Below the pieces are notes generated by a model. It saw only the letters and a program-made list of their open reading frames with translations. It ran no database searches and was not told the DNA's origin. This document shows, piece after piece, positions 50,067-63,780 of a stretch of 64,000 bases of DNA (position 1 is its first letter; every line of letters begins with the position of its first letter). Position numbers and translations under genes: made by a program. Source of the DNA: Octopus vulgaris (Eukaryota); the NCBI GenBank assembly GCA_951406725.2, contig OX597818.1, positions 122,636,001 through 122,700,000 on the forward strand. The letters are read 5' to 3'.

Positions 50067-52639
50067 TAGATTGAAAAATAGATATACAGACAGATAAATT
50101 AGCAGCTGGTTAGCTTGATAAGTAGATAATATATGAAATGGAAAACGATTATGTGTTTCATCGTATCACTGTCACTGAACTACGTCGAATATCTGAAGAA
50201 TAATCAACTACTCTCTAGGCTAACGTAACTCTAGAAACTTCAAATGATTGTATTGCATCTACCAACCAAGTAATATCAATGTCAGCGTGTCTTTTTCGAA
50301 TAAAATGACTTTCTAAGCATTTTAGAAGCAATGTCAACCTTGAAAATATATCTAACTCGCTTAATCAATTATTCGGTCTGTATACGAGATTATCGTATTC
50401 CCAGCCTCAAAATAGACATATCTGATATAGTTCCGTTTTGCCTATGGAAATGTATCTTTCTTAATTCCCGTTTCAGCGTTTTCATTCCAGAAGCACTACA
50501 CATTCCCAAACAAAGCTCGGCTCCTTTCTTCCGAAGAATATCATCACAAAGGGACACAAATGAATATTCGGTCCTTATATCATTAAACAGTCGTTTAGTA
50601 GTTTCAGCCATCTGATTATCTACTAAATTTTTATCAGCTTGTAGTAAAATTGAGAAATTCTCAGTATACAAATAAAAGACTCGACTGACATTTAATTCAT
50701 TCCATAAAGTAAGCGTTACTATTTTAGTTCTTCTTCCAAATATATAATTGTGAATGTATAATTTCCTCAGAATATATTTGAGATTAGATGTATTGTTTTC
50801 ATGGGTCACATGGAACTGAATAATTAACAAGAATTTGTTAAACGTAATCAACATATACTATCCATTTAGTTACGTTTAAAGTCATGACTAACTGTAATTT
50901 CAGATTCTTTTATGTCTCATCCTCAAAATTTACCAAGCATACATTCCCATTTTAGGGAATATTTCAATAGCTGAAAGTATCCACTTATCCTTTCCGTTGT
51001 TCATTTTGGCTGACAGTATTATACATTGCATTGTAGTTTCCTTCACATGTAAACTCAAATAAAGAAAGGCTTGATAATGTTTTATTGAAACCTTCGTTTA
51101 AAAACTTTAAAACATTCTGGGTCTCTCTCGATTTTTCTCCACAAATATTGCTTGCTTTTACAATGCATACTAGCACTCTTACTAGCACATCAATGATAAA
51201 TCAAAATGTTGATTACGAATTTGTGTTTGCGTAGCAATAAAACCCCCCACAAATCTGCATTTACATCAAACGTTTGTCGACTCTACGAGCACGTGAAATA
51301 GCTTTTCATTTGTGTTTGGTAGATCAAAATAATAATATTAGATACAGGCTTTCAAACAACGTTTTACTTAAAATTATAAACTTGACAAGTTAAATCAATT
51401 TAACTATTTCCTCATTGACACTCAAAAAATAAAACTTCCATAACTATAGTATCAAATATGATCCACCATGTAAATTGACCGTTAAAACACAGTATAACGA
51501 TTCTGATATCGTAAACCCGTTGGCTAGTTGCGAAATCAGTGACAGGAATAACACTGAAATCGTATATATATATATAGTGACAGCGATATGTGTTTAGTTT
51601 GTGGTCACCAGAAGCCCATTGGTGACAAAGTCCAGTGCACACAAATTAAGAGATCCTCTAGTTCTGGCATCCATAACTGACGATCCTGATCTGCTACGAT
51701 ATATGTGTGTGCTTTTATACTCTACTGCAATATCCAGCCTTCTAACAAAACATACTCGTGAATTTGGATATAAAGATTGCCTTTTTGTACTAATACTGCT
51801 TCCATCACTAATAATCATTTTACTATTTATTCCAGAAAAAAAATGAATCTTGTTTCACAATAATTGTTAATCGCAATCGAAATATGATTTGACACTTTAA
51901 GAAATTAAACAAATTACTATCGAAATGGTTTTCAGAATTCTGATTATAATCTATACATTTCCCACCTGTAATGTCGATATTATCACTTCACACCTGAACC
52001 AATTTAATCATAAAAACACTTTCTCGTATATAAAAAGAAGACAATTCAGGTTTTAAAGGTTAAATAATAGACTAAAACAAGTATTAGAAGTATGATTATA
52101 ACACTTCATAAAAGAAACTAACTACTTACTTTCTGCTAATATTTATAATGCATACAAACTGAATATCAAATAATAAGAGTATTCTATATTTTACATATTA
52201 TTCAAGTGCTGTAAACAAATATGAAATAGCCGTTTTATCGTTCTCGAAAATTACTAATCATCAAAATGTTTTTTTTTCTTTTACCTGTTGATACTTCAGT
52301 ATTTTCTAATTATCCTTCATATTCTTGAGTATGTTCTGTGTAGTCACTTGGCATAAAGTGTTTCAATACTATAATTTCCTATTCTTTTTATAGAAAATGT
52401 GTGAGATATATATACATACATATATGTATTTATGTATTTATGTATGTATGTATGCATGCAGAAATTGATTAAACGGATATGTATTTATGTATTGAGATAT
52501 TTCTTCCATCAAGCTTATACATAGACGTACATATACATATTTACACACATACATGCATATACATATCCACAAACATACATACATACATACATGCATGCAT
52601 ACATACATACATACATACATACATACATACATACATACA

Positions 52640-52670
<31 letters not shown>

Positions 52671-53074
52671 GCACACATATATACAAACGTGCAACAAGAA
52701 ATACTCATATATTCGAAAGATTAGCTATAAAATAGATATATCTATAAAATTAACGATTCGAATAGCAAATTATATTTACAACACGCAGCCATAATTGTTA
52801 CATATAATAATAATCAACCTAGCACCGCCAACAAGGTACATAGCAGCCATTTTAATGTTTCTATGACATTATCTTTACGCTGATAGTATGTGTGTGCGTG
52901 CGTGTGTGTGTATCTGCAATGTTCGGCTTCGGTGAACCTTTCAGTGATGTAGAGTCGTGCTGATCTGATATTAAACACAAACACTCCCCACACACACTCA
53001 CATAAACACACTCACACACACGCGCCCATACACACACACTCACACACAAACAAACACATTCGTATATAAATACT

Positions 53075-53280
53075 CTTTACTCTTTTACTTGTTTCAGTCA
53101 TTTGACTGCGGCCATGCCGGAGCACCGCCTTTAGTTGAGCAAATCGACCCTGGGACTTATTCTTTGTAAGCCCAGTACTTATTCTATCGGTCTCTTTTTT
53201 GCCGAACCGCTAAGTGACGGAGACGTAAACACACCAGCATCGGTTGTCAAGCAATGCTAGGGGGACAAACACAGGCACAC
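53075..53280 (-). mobile_element. SINE family B, 3' half
   Basis: ttactcttttacttgtttcagtcatttgactgcggccatg...; its 5' half lies at 54736-54920. Confidence 0.85.
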
Positions 53281-53308
53281 AAGCACACACACACATACAT
53301 ACATATGT

Positions 53309-54517
53309 ATAAATGAAAGAATGGAGTCGAACGACGATTTAACAAAATTCCTTTATTCTCGACATACGTTTCGAAGACTGCATATTCTTAATTCCGAAGG
53401 AATAAAGGGTGCATTATGCCGCCTTCTCAACAGGAAAGACAAGGAACTTATGTCAGCATCATGACGAACAAAAACTTTTAGTTGACTGCCCACACGGAGT
53501 CCATAGTGATAATGAGTGTTTCTTTAAAATATTCCGTTATAAGCAGTGACGTCAAAATTGGTTGGATGAAGAATATTCTAAAAAGTTCAAGAGTTCAAAA
53601 ATGGATGGAAGGGGAAAGTTCTAAGAATAGGAAGGTGACAGAGTGCAAGTCGTATGTATGGGGGTGGGTTGTTGTTTGCTTTTGCTAATGAGATTGAGTG
53701 CCTATGTGTGTGTATGTATATAACTGCATTCGTGTCTATATGTGTGTGTGTGTGCGTGATTGAGTGTGTGGGGGGATAAATGCCAAATACATCTAGTGGT
53801 GAAGTGACAGGTTTGTGTCTGTGTTTGATTGTGCTTATGATAGAGAGAGGGAGACAGAGAGAGGGGGGAGGTAGAGAAACAAAGGTAAAACATATCCCGA
53901 CGAAATTTGGTTGTAGGCCTTCATGTAACGGGGTATAAAAACTGTGTCTATGGTGCTGTTGTAGGAGTGGAACCAAATTATTAAACTCAAGGAGGTTATC
54001 TATATTAATCATCATTCAAATGAGTGGAAGGTGTGATTCTGCCAGTGCATGCACCTATAGGATTTTTCTGCCATTGTGTTTACCAAAGGGAATTTGGTGA
54101 AAAGTATATAGAAAAGCTCGGAATTACAGACGCCACAATGTTTTCTGCTCTTATCAAAAGCAAAGGATACAGACAATATGGACCATTCCAGCTTGAAAGT
54201 TATATTGCTGTCCTTTTTTTAACCATTTTGAACTCTTGAACTTTTTAGAATATTCTCCATCCAACCAATTTTGACGTCACTGCTTATAACGGAATATTTA
54301 AAAAAAACACTCATTATCACTATAGACTCCGGGTGGGCAGTCATCTAAAAGTTTTTGTTCGTCATGATGCTGACATAAGTTCCTTGTCTTTCCTGATGAG
54401 AAGGCGGCATAATGCACCCTTTATTCCTTCGGAATTAAGAATATGCAGTCTTCGAAACATATGTCGAGAATAAAGGAATTTTGTTAAATCGTCGTTCGAC
54501 TCCATTCTCTCATTTAT
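53309..54517. mobile_element. fold-back element with ~295-bp inverted arms, each containing a hammerhead
   Basis: 53309-53604 is the reverse complement of 54223-54517; HHR at 53356-53438 (-, core mutated to CTGTTGA) and 54388-54470 (+, intact). Confidence 0.88.
54388..54470 (+). ncRNA. minimal type-I hammerhead ribozyme (canonical core)
   Basis: tttc-CTGATGA-gaaggc...gtcttc-GAAA-catatg-TC-gaga; palindrome ACATATGT; GUC site. Confidence 0.85.
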
Positions 54518-54669
54518 TTATAGTAATAAAACACACAAATTTCCACACGAAAGCACGTGATTTCTGCTCTTGGCATGTAGCTTCAACCGTGTTTTCAGAC
54601 GTAAATTTGCTACCCGGGTATCGGTTAACCGAATTATCCATACTAGGATAATTCACTCTTATATATATA

Positions 54670-54735
<66 letters not shown>

Positions 54736-54756
<21 letters not shown>

Positions 54757-54920
54757 CGACAGGCTTCTTTCAGTTTCCGTCTACCAAATCCACTCACAAG
54801 GCATTGGTCGGCCCGGGACTATAGCAGAATGCACTTCCCCAAGATGCCACGCAGTGGGACTGAACCCGGAACCATGTGGTTGGTTAGCAAGCTACTTACC
54901 ACACGGTTACTCCTGCGCCT
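54736..54920 (-). mobile_element. SINE family B, 5' half
   Basis: Reverse complement of 43478-43635. Confidence 0.85.
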
Positions 54921-55129
54921 ATAAATGTGCACATTTATAAACACAAAAGTGTGAAAAACTTTGTATGTTTGCGATTGTGTAACTTCATATTAAATCAATG
55001 TACTCTGCAAAGCAACTACAAAATATATCTCGCTGTCGACACACGATTTCCCATAAAGAATGAAGTATACCTACATATATGTCGATATCCAGATATATTC
55101 TATAGTTCTCTCTTTCTGTCGCTCTCTCC

Positions 55130-55175
<46 letters not shown>

Positions 55176-55823
55176 GAGAGAGAGAGAGAACCATAGAACA
55201 TATTTGCATGTGCACATGTATGTGCATATGCACACACACACACACATATATATATATGGGGCCACTACTATTTTGGTGGTCCTCTCAGACATGCCCTTCG
55301 CAGTAAAGACATGCTCTTCGAAGTGTGTGTGTGTGTTTGTGTATGTATGCATATGATAATAGAACATATGAATCAATTGATAAATAAGGTGTTGTGGCGC
55401 TCCATTCCACAACACTGGTGTTAACTTTACCTTCTCCACTCGTCTGCCCATTTTATCTATTTTACCGCAGTTCATTCCTCCTATGTCATAGAAATGCAAC
55501 CCATCTCCCCAGGTTTTGCTTTTATTCTTCTTACTCTTATTCATCAAACTTTAAATCTCTGACGCTATTATATGAACTGTTTTTGTCAATTTTCTTTTGG
55601 TGAAGGATGCCGGACTAATGATAATATCTCTACGCAACAGTTTACTGGTTGCATACCCAAAACCGTTTGCACCATCTAGCTACAAATTATGAGGTAAATC
55701 TGAGCTACGTGAAACAACTGTCGAGTTAAAAAATTATGTATTTCTTTCTTAGTATTCTGTACATTATATTTCCTATGCAAATATGTTTGCGAGTGTATAT
55801 ACATTTGTATATACATATATGCG

Positions 55824-55875
<52 letters not shown>

Positions 55876-55892
55876 TGTATGTACATATGTGC

Positions 55893-55955
<63 letters not shown>

Positions 55956-56096
55956 TGTATGAATGAATATGATTAAATCATTTGTGTACAACTTTAGACT
56001 TGCAATATCTCATATAGTGTAGATTTATCATTTTGAACACACACACACAAGCACACGCATACACACACACACACATGCACGCACACTCACACACCC

Positions 56097-56150
<54 letters not shown>

Positions 56151-57324
56151 TTATACATATATATACTACATACACTCACACACACATATATGAAGAGGGC
56201 GAGTAATATATTGTTACCAATATGCTAGGCTTGAATAGAGATTATTACATTGTAATGTAAGGTCATAAAGGAAATGATATCGTTAACAAGGAATCATTAA
56301 CAAAGCATAAATATATAGAGAGTTACGTACACACACACACATACATATATCATGTGTGCATATCATATGTATGCACACATGATGTATTTGTGAGTGTGTT
56401 GGTGTAAGGGGAGTTGTCCTAACACCAGTAAAAGTGTGAACTTTGGCCATTTAACCAATATATATCATTGTTCCTACTGATACACTTTGATCGCACTTAA
56501 TAAAGTACCGGAAATTCTTCGAAATTCAATATCACTTGTCACGTCTTCACCGTATTAAATCAACTTGCGAAACACCTGTTACTATCAAGTATTCGTTCAC
56601 ACACCTATGTTTCTGCCTGTAGATAATATCGCATCCACTCTTGGCCATTCTTAATTATTAATTCCTAATTACGTTTCCGTAATATACGATGTTGAAAATC
56701 TTCGTATTTAATCGTAATATTGTATTTTGTTATTGTCTCCTACTAATCATGGAGGAAAGCCGCATAACATATTTCTGTTCTACGCCCCACTAATATTCTT
56801 CGACCAACTTAAGATGCATCCCCCATCAGTCAAAACTGACCGTATTTCTATCCATGAAAGTGCAAGATTATTCTAAGAAGTCTGACAGTATTCTATAGAT
56901 GCAAGGTTCACTTCTCCACATCACCTCTGTTTCTGCGAAGAAAAAACCGCCGTCATGCAACTATACAGCTTCATACCTGCGTCATCATAGCCTTTACCGT
57001 GAGAATGCAAAAACCAGGGCACATCCGGCAAGATTTCCTACTTCGCCTTCTCAAAGTTCCGGCAATCCACAGCCTTGGATTTGTGCATTTTATCCATTCT
57101 GAAATGATGAAATTGAGCCCGGTGGTATTTGGACTCATAGCGTAGAGAGTCGAAGGATTCTACCCGATTCTCTTAAAATTATACCAGTTAAATGTGTTTA
57201 TATGCAATCCAATGATAGGTCTCTGAGGCCGGCCAATCAGCAAGAAATACTAGACTATGTCTTTCATTTCACTCTCTAGTGCCTAAAAAATAAAATAAAT
57301 GAATAAATAAATAAATGGCACTAC

Positions 57325-57525
57325 GTCAGTTACGACGACGAGGGTTTCAGTTAATCCGATCAACGGTACAGCCTGCTCGTGAAATTAACGTTCTTGTGGC
57401 TGAGCACTCCACAAACACGTGTGCCCTTAGTGTCTTGTTGAAGGACACAACGCGTCGCCAGGAATTGAACTCACGATCTTGCAATGGTGAGTCGAATATC
57501 CTAACTACTAAGCCATTCGCTTTCA
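57325..57525 (-). mobile_element. SINE family D, internally deleted
   Basis: Homologous to 46100-46400. Confidence 0.65.
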
Positions 57526-58215
57526 CTAAAGAAAAAAACATAATGTTGTCAAATAAGATTGAGTAATGGCGTTCGTATTAATGCAATTGGGATTATTTTT
57601 ACTTAAATATGGCAGATTTAAGAGTAAGCATTAACAGCAACAATAACATCAAAATCAACAAGATTGTGTTTACACTAATTGAATGACACAGCTTGCTGTG
57701 TTAAATTGCCAGTTGAAGGAAAGAGTCAAACGCAATGGCGCCATCTACATTTCTGTTTTTATGAAAATACTCCTAGCAAGATATGGATCACACACACTCT
57801 CCCACAAAAAGAAAAAAACACTTAAAAATATGTACCTCTGCCCTCACACACTGCTGCAAGACAAATGATGGAACAAGTAGTGCTGTAACGCCTTAAGTTA
57901 TATATCTCTTAATCAAGCCTGAGCTAGGGCTAAACATTAATAAAAACAATGGCTGTTGACAGAAGCAACATTGCACTATTTCGTACACAGTCTCCGTTCA
58001 CTTCTTTATACAAACTAGTCATATTTCTTCTTCTTACAAGTACTTTCTGTGCTCGTCTTCCAATTGAAAATGATGTGATGAAACGTATATTTCCTGGTCA
58101 CTCCATCGCAGTTTGTATTGTGATACGGAGTGGACATAAGAATAAATTAATTATGTCAGCAAAGGAAAACATTTCAGTAAATTTCAGCATCGCACGTAAT
58201 GTGTAGGCACTCGAA

Positions 58216-58447
58216 GGCGGCGAGCTGGCAGAATCGTTAGCACGCCGGGCGAAATGCGTAGCCGTATTTCGTCTGCCGCTACGGTCTGAGTTCAAATTCC
58301 GCCGAGGTCGACTTTGCCTTTCATCCTTTCGGGGTTGATCAATTAAGTACCAGTTACGCACTGGGGTCGATATAATCGACTTAATCCCTTTGTCTGTCCT
58401 TGTTTGTCCCCTCTATGTTTAGCCCCTTGTGGGCAATAAAGAAATAA
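58216..58447 (+). mobile_element. SINE family A (Meta-type core)
   Basis: ggcggcgagctggcagaatcgttag...gttcaaattcc...cctttcatcctttcgggg...ttgtctgtccttgtttgtcccctct..aataaagaaata. Confidence 0.9.
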
Positions 58448-58650
58448 GAATCGTTAGCACACTGGGCAAAATGTTTAGCTGCATTTCGTCCATCTTTACG
58501 TTCTGAGTTCGAATTCTGCCGAGTTCAACTTTACCTTACACGCTTTCAGGATCGCTAAAATAAGTATCAGTTGAGCACGGGTCGATGTAATCGACTTACA
58601 CACTCTCCCGAAATTACTGGCCCTGTGCCAAAATTTGAAACCGATATTTA
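58448..58650 (+). mobile_element. related Meta-core SINE with a different 3' tail
   Basis: Same head and core but ends ggccctgtgccaaaatttgaaacc; the same tail occurs reversed near 5440-5460. Confidence 0.7.
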
Positions 58651-58704
58651 GGCATTCATAAATTGGACAATTATATTTTCCCGTTGTTGCCAAATAAATT
58701 TATA

Positions 58705-58938
58705 TATATTTCTTTACTACCCACAAGGGGCTAAACACAGAGGGGACAAACAAGGACAGACAAACGGATTAAGTCGATTACATCGACCTCAGTGCGTAAC
58801 AGGTACTTAATTTATCGACCCCGAAAGGATGAAAGGCAAATTCGACCTCGGCGGAATTTGAACTCAAAACATAACGGCAGAAGAAATACGGCTACTCATT
58901 TCGCCCGGCGTGCTAATTTTTCTGCCAGCTCACCGCCT
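58705..58938 (-). mobile_element. SINE family A (Meta-type core)
   Basis: Homologous to 2012-2243; imperfect ~18-bp TSD ttgccaaa(t/g)aaat(t/g)tata. Confidence 0.9.
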
Positions 58939-61414
58939 TTTGCCAAAGAAATGTATACAGTCGTTAGAGTATCGGATAGAATGCATCGCGGTATTCATTC
59001 TGAGTCACTGTTTTGTGAGTTCAAATCTCACCGAGGTGAAATTTGACTTTCATCGTTTCGAGAACGTTAAAATATTACCTATTCTAAATTTATCGTACAA
59101 TCTACATTTAGTCTTTGCATTCTGACTTCAAATATGCCCATTGTCCACATGGGTGGTAGACATAATCTCTAATCCAGTATACCACAACCATCTGAGACCT
59201 TGAATTCGTTTGGAAGAATCTACTGTCTATAAGCACTTGAGCAAAATCTCTCGTTTGAATATACCGTCATCCCACAGGAGGTTCTGCAAATTGTTATGCT
59301 CATTGTCTTTCCTTCTTGACAGCATGATTAAAACCCACAACTGAATTTTGTAGCTAGGGTATAGAAAATGATTTTGATTTCTTTGAAAATGGATTACATA
59401 TTGTTGCAGAACCCTTACACAATTTTCCTAAAATTTCACAGAATCCTATTAAAAGTAATAAAAATTATTTCAAAGAAAGATTTTATTAATATTGAAACAA
59501 TATATTATTTTAAGAAAGGTGAACACTATATTTCATTAAATAAATGTTAATGGAATTTTAATAAAAGAACTGCAGAATATTCTCAATGAACCCAGTTTTA
59601 GAAAGCTTGCGTATAGGAAAATATGTAATCCATAATATAATTATGATAATACGTGGTTTTGTTTGTAAGTAAGCTGAATATTGTTGGCTTTTAGCGATTG
59701 TTTTATTTTTTTTTATACGCACTCACATTATAAACATTTTCACCCTGGAACCTAATTGGCATTTGTATTCCAATCAGAGAAACATTGAATATCACGCACC
59801 TCATTAGACTGTACTGAAGGATTTGTTTCGCCTTTGTTTGCAAGATGCTGTTTCTGATTTGTCATGTACTGGAGGGTTTAATAAAGCTGAGATTCTTTTA
59901 TATTTACATTTCCAATTGGAGATATAATTAATCTATACAAAACGACATGCCGTTTCGCTGCTTTGCACTATCCATGTATTTGTGGAAACCAAGATTATAA
60001 ACCAATATGAACTATCTAATTAGTTTCTCAGAATTCTTTGTGGCAGACTGAATTCACATTAGTAAGTTCATGCTGGTGAAAAGCGTATGTATATGTGTCA
60101 GAATTTTGTGAACGGATGTCGTAAAATATATGTGCGTATTATTTAGAATCATTACACGTCTCCCATAGAAAAACGATTATGTCGGGAAAATTAGCTATAT
60201 TTTTATGGGCTTTATACATTTATTACATTCGTGTAATATAAGTAACATTTCATTGATTAATTGACTGTTAAAATATTCAATGGAATACGAGATGGATTCC
60301 ATTTTGATAACTAAATTGTCCTTATGATTCTGTGGGGTTAATTCTGAAAACGGTTTACAGCTTTATCGATATAATCTAAATAGAATCCAGCTAACCATTG
60401 TTTTTGAAATCTGCGAATCACGTATTTCTGCGTGTGATTATTTTCGTCTATTTCCCAGCACAATAAAAGTAGTATTGTTTCCAATCACTCGACAAATAAG
60501 ATTTTCGACGGTGCAGTTCGTTCGTCATGTCTTAATTAATGATAGAGAAACACTAAAATAGTTCCTAGTATTAAACCTGTTTTTGTGTGTGTTTTCATAT
60601 GAAAGAATAAGTTAATATATGACGTCTTATATAAACGAACGACTGCAAACATTGGGTAAATGTGAGAAAATTATTTAGGAATTGGGCTAGCACTTGTAAT
60701 GTAAAAGCGGTAATCTCTGTATAATGAATAGCCGATATAAATGTTAGCTGGTCGCTTACTCCAGTCACGCTTTACATCATATTGAGTGAGGAAGATAACG
60801 AGGAAAATAGGGATACAGAAAGAGTTAACGTCAGAAATTAAAGTCAATTGAGCAATGCTCAAATTGAAGGCATCTTAAGGAGTTCATAAAGATGAGACAA
60901 GCTACGTAGTTGACACACACTAAATAGGTGATGACGCATACAAGCACACGCTTACATGGGAGACATATTTAGAAAGCAAAGGGGATATACAGAAATAATT
61001 AATACATGAGACGCACGATGCGTGTCATATAACTTTATGAAGAATACACATTTGTATATGCAAAGCAGGAATAGAAGGTTGCGATTATATTAATAAAAAT
61101 TAGAAAAAAAAACTGTTTATTGCGAATATAGAATTAAGAAATTTATTCTATTAATTGTATTTAAGGCAATAAAAATTTTCGTTTTGAAAATTAATGTCCA
61201 TTTCAACATTTTGGACAAGTCAGGGAGAAACTTGGTAAAATTCAAATCATAATGTAGGCCATATTTTCTGATACCACTCATGGAAGGAAAACTATACTTC
61301 AAATTTTACCCGTCATATGACGTAAGGGTAACGTATTTTCTATATTTCATGTACGGGTGTAGATTATATATTCATATTATTACGTGTACATAAACACACA
61401 CACATATAGATGGC

Positions 61415-61480
<66 letters not shown>

Positions 61481-61564
61481 CGCATCAACAAACAGAAACA
61501 CACATGTATTCACCCACTTCATATTCATACATACATACATTCATACATACATACATGCATAGAT

Positions 61565-61644
<80 letters not shown>

Positions 61645-62578
61645 GTATAGATATAGATATATATACATACATAATTAAGATTCAGTTGAATTAGGTACTT
61701 AAATCGAGGCACCAACCCACTTCGGTATAGTCCACGCAACTCGAAGTTAGATTTAGAAAAGCAAATAAGTAACAATGATGTCCAGTTATCAATGCATTAC
61801 GGCCGTTTCAAGTAGCTTCGTTTAATCGATCATTGCAAAATTTACATAAATTTGAAAGCAACCATTCTTCTGAAGTGCAGACGACCATATAGCATTCCAA
61901 TATGAAGGATAAACCATTTTTTAGCAAAATTTACATCAGTACTAGAAACCAAAACACTTACATCTCTTTGTTTTGCTATGCTTGTGGCAGCATGAAATTA
62001 TGGGAAAATATATTTCTAAAGCCTGTTATCATTTAGAGAGGAGCAGAGTAAAATATTGGGGATCAAAAAAAAAAAGAAAAAAAGGGAATGGTCTCATAGT
62101 TAATTTATCTTTATCTTTATTTTATTTATAAGATTTTATGCAGCATAAATTCTAAAACCTTTTAGAGTTAAATCAATTGGGTGTTGACAGTTAAGTTGCA
62201 GTTGCTGATGATGAATTAATTAATGTCAGATGCTCTGCTCGGCCATTATTTTACTGAGTACATAGTTTATATTAAATCAAAACCAGGATTATTTTCCTCA
62301 TTACTAGACGGTAAGTATAAGATATCTAAATATAGAATCGACTGTAAGGGGTAATTAAATTAGAGGTGTGCTAACTCTATAATATAGTACAAGCGGAGGC
62401 AGAAATTAAACCGATGTGGGCATGTAGCTACATCTTAAATATTACAAGCTAAAAAATAAAAATAGTATTTTTTATCGAGTAATCTGATATAAAAGAACAT
62501 TGAAAATAATTTTTTTATATGAAATATTACCATCGTTATGAAGAAATCATGAAAGGATATAAAAATGTATGAAAATAC

Positions 62579-62710
<132 letters not shown>

Positions 62711-63428
62711 ATATATATACATAAGAACATTTTATAAAGTTTATCAAACATATAGTGCAATTATAAATATATATAAATACCATATTGTATTATATTTTAC
62801 AGTGAGTTTTACGAAATTATAAAACTCTCTATAATCTGTAATCTGTATGTATGCATGTATGTATGTATGTATGTATGTATGTATGTATGTATGTATGCAT
62901 AGTTTTTATTCTGTTCTCTTAGAAACAACTACTAGAGCACAGAATGAAATGTGATTTGTCGGTGATACAAATATAATTAAACGGATTGAATAAAGAATGC
63001 ACTAAATAAATGCATTAAATTAAATTGTGACCTGTTTTATGTTCTTGCATAGTATAAAAGATATAAATGTGTGTGCCTGAATGTGTGCGCGTATCTGTAA
63101 TTCAGTGTGTGTAGCTGTATCCACATTAGGAAGATGTTGGGTATAAAGATATGTAGAGAAGAAAATAAAGTATTTGAGAGGAAGGAAAGGATGAGCAATA
63201 GGATGAGATTAGCAATTCAAAGAGTTCGCGGCATGAAAATAAACAGTTTTAATATATAAATATGGGTAATATTTTCGAAGAAGTTAGTCAAATAGAAGCT
63301 CTCAAATCGTTTAGACTAATAATTTAAGGATAAAAATTATATATACATACGTTTATGAATTTGTGTTACAAGACTCGATGTGAAATCGTGTCTTGAAACA
63401 GATATTGTTTTATTTCGGGATGTTGGTC

Positions 63429-63780
63429 ATTATTTTTTTGCCAAATAAACACACGCGGTATATACTCGTTCTTCACTCGTTTATTTCTGTGCTTATTCTA
63501 ACTCATGTCCATTGTCCAGAAATCTTTCGTCACACATATATGACCTCTTCAGCGACACACACTTTCCCTTTCCGTGTGTGCTCTTGCTCCACTTATTTAA
63601 TTTTCATATTTCATGAAATGACTGGAGCAAGAGCACTCACGAAGACAGAAAGTTTCGCTGAAGCGGTTACAGATATGTGACAAAAGATTTCCGGAGGATG
63701 GACACGAGTTAGAATAAGAACAGTAATAAACGAGTAAAGAACGAAGATATAGTGTATGTTTAGTTGGCAAAAAAAATAAT
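63429..63780. repeat. ~350-bp imperfect palindrome (old MITE or fold-back)
   Basis: attatttttttgccaa...gtgctcttgctcca (63429-63590) pairs with tggagcaagagcac...ttggcaaaaaaaataat (63623-63780). Confidence 0.85.

Noticed and set aside
60510-60648. 13-bp inverted repeat tgcag(t)tcgttcgt / acgaacgactgca
   Set aside because: Too short, with no supporting internal pairing or TSD
61306-61331. Small hairpin ttaccc-gtcatatgac-gtaa-gggtaa
   Set aside because: Too short to assign; may be a TE terminus or chance
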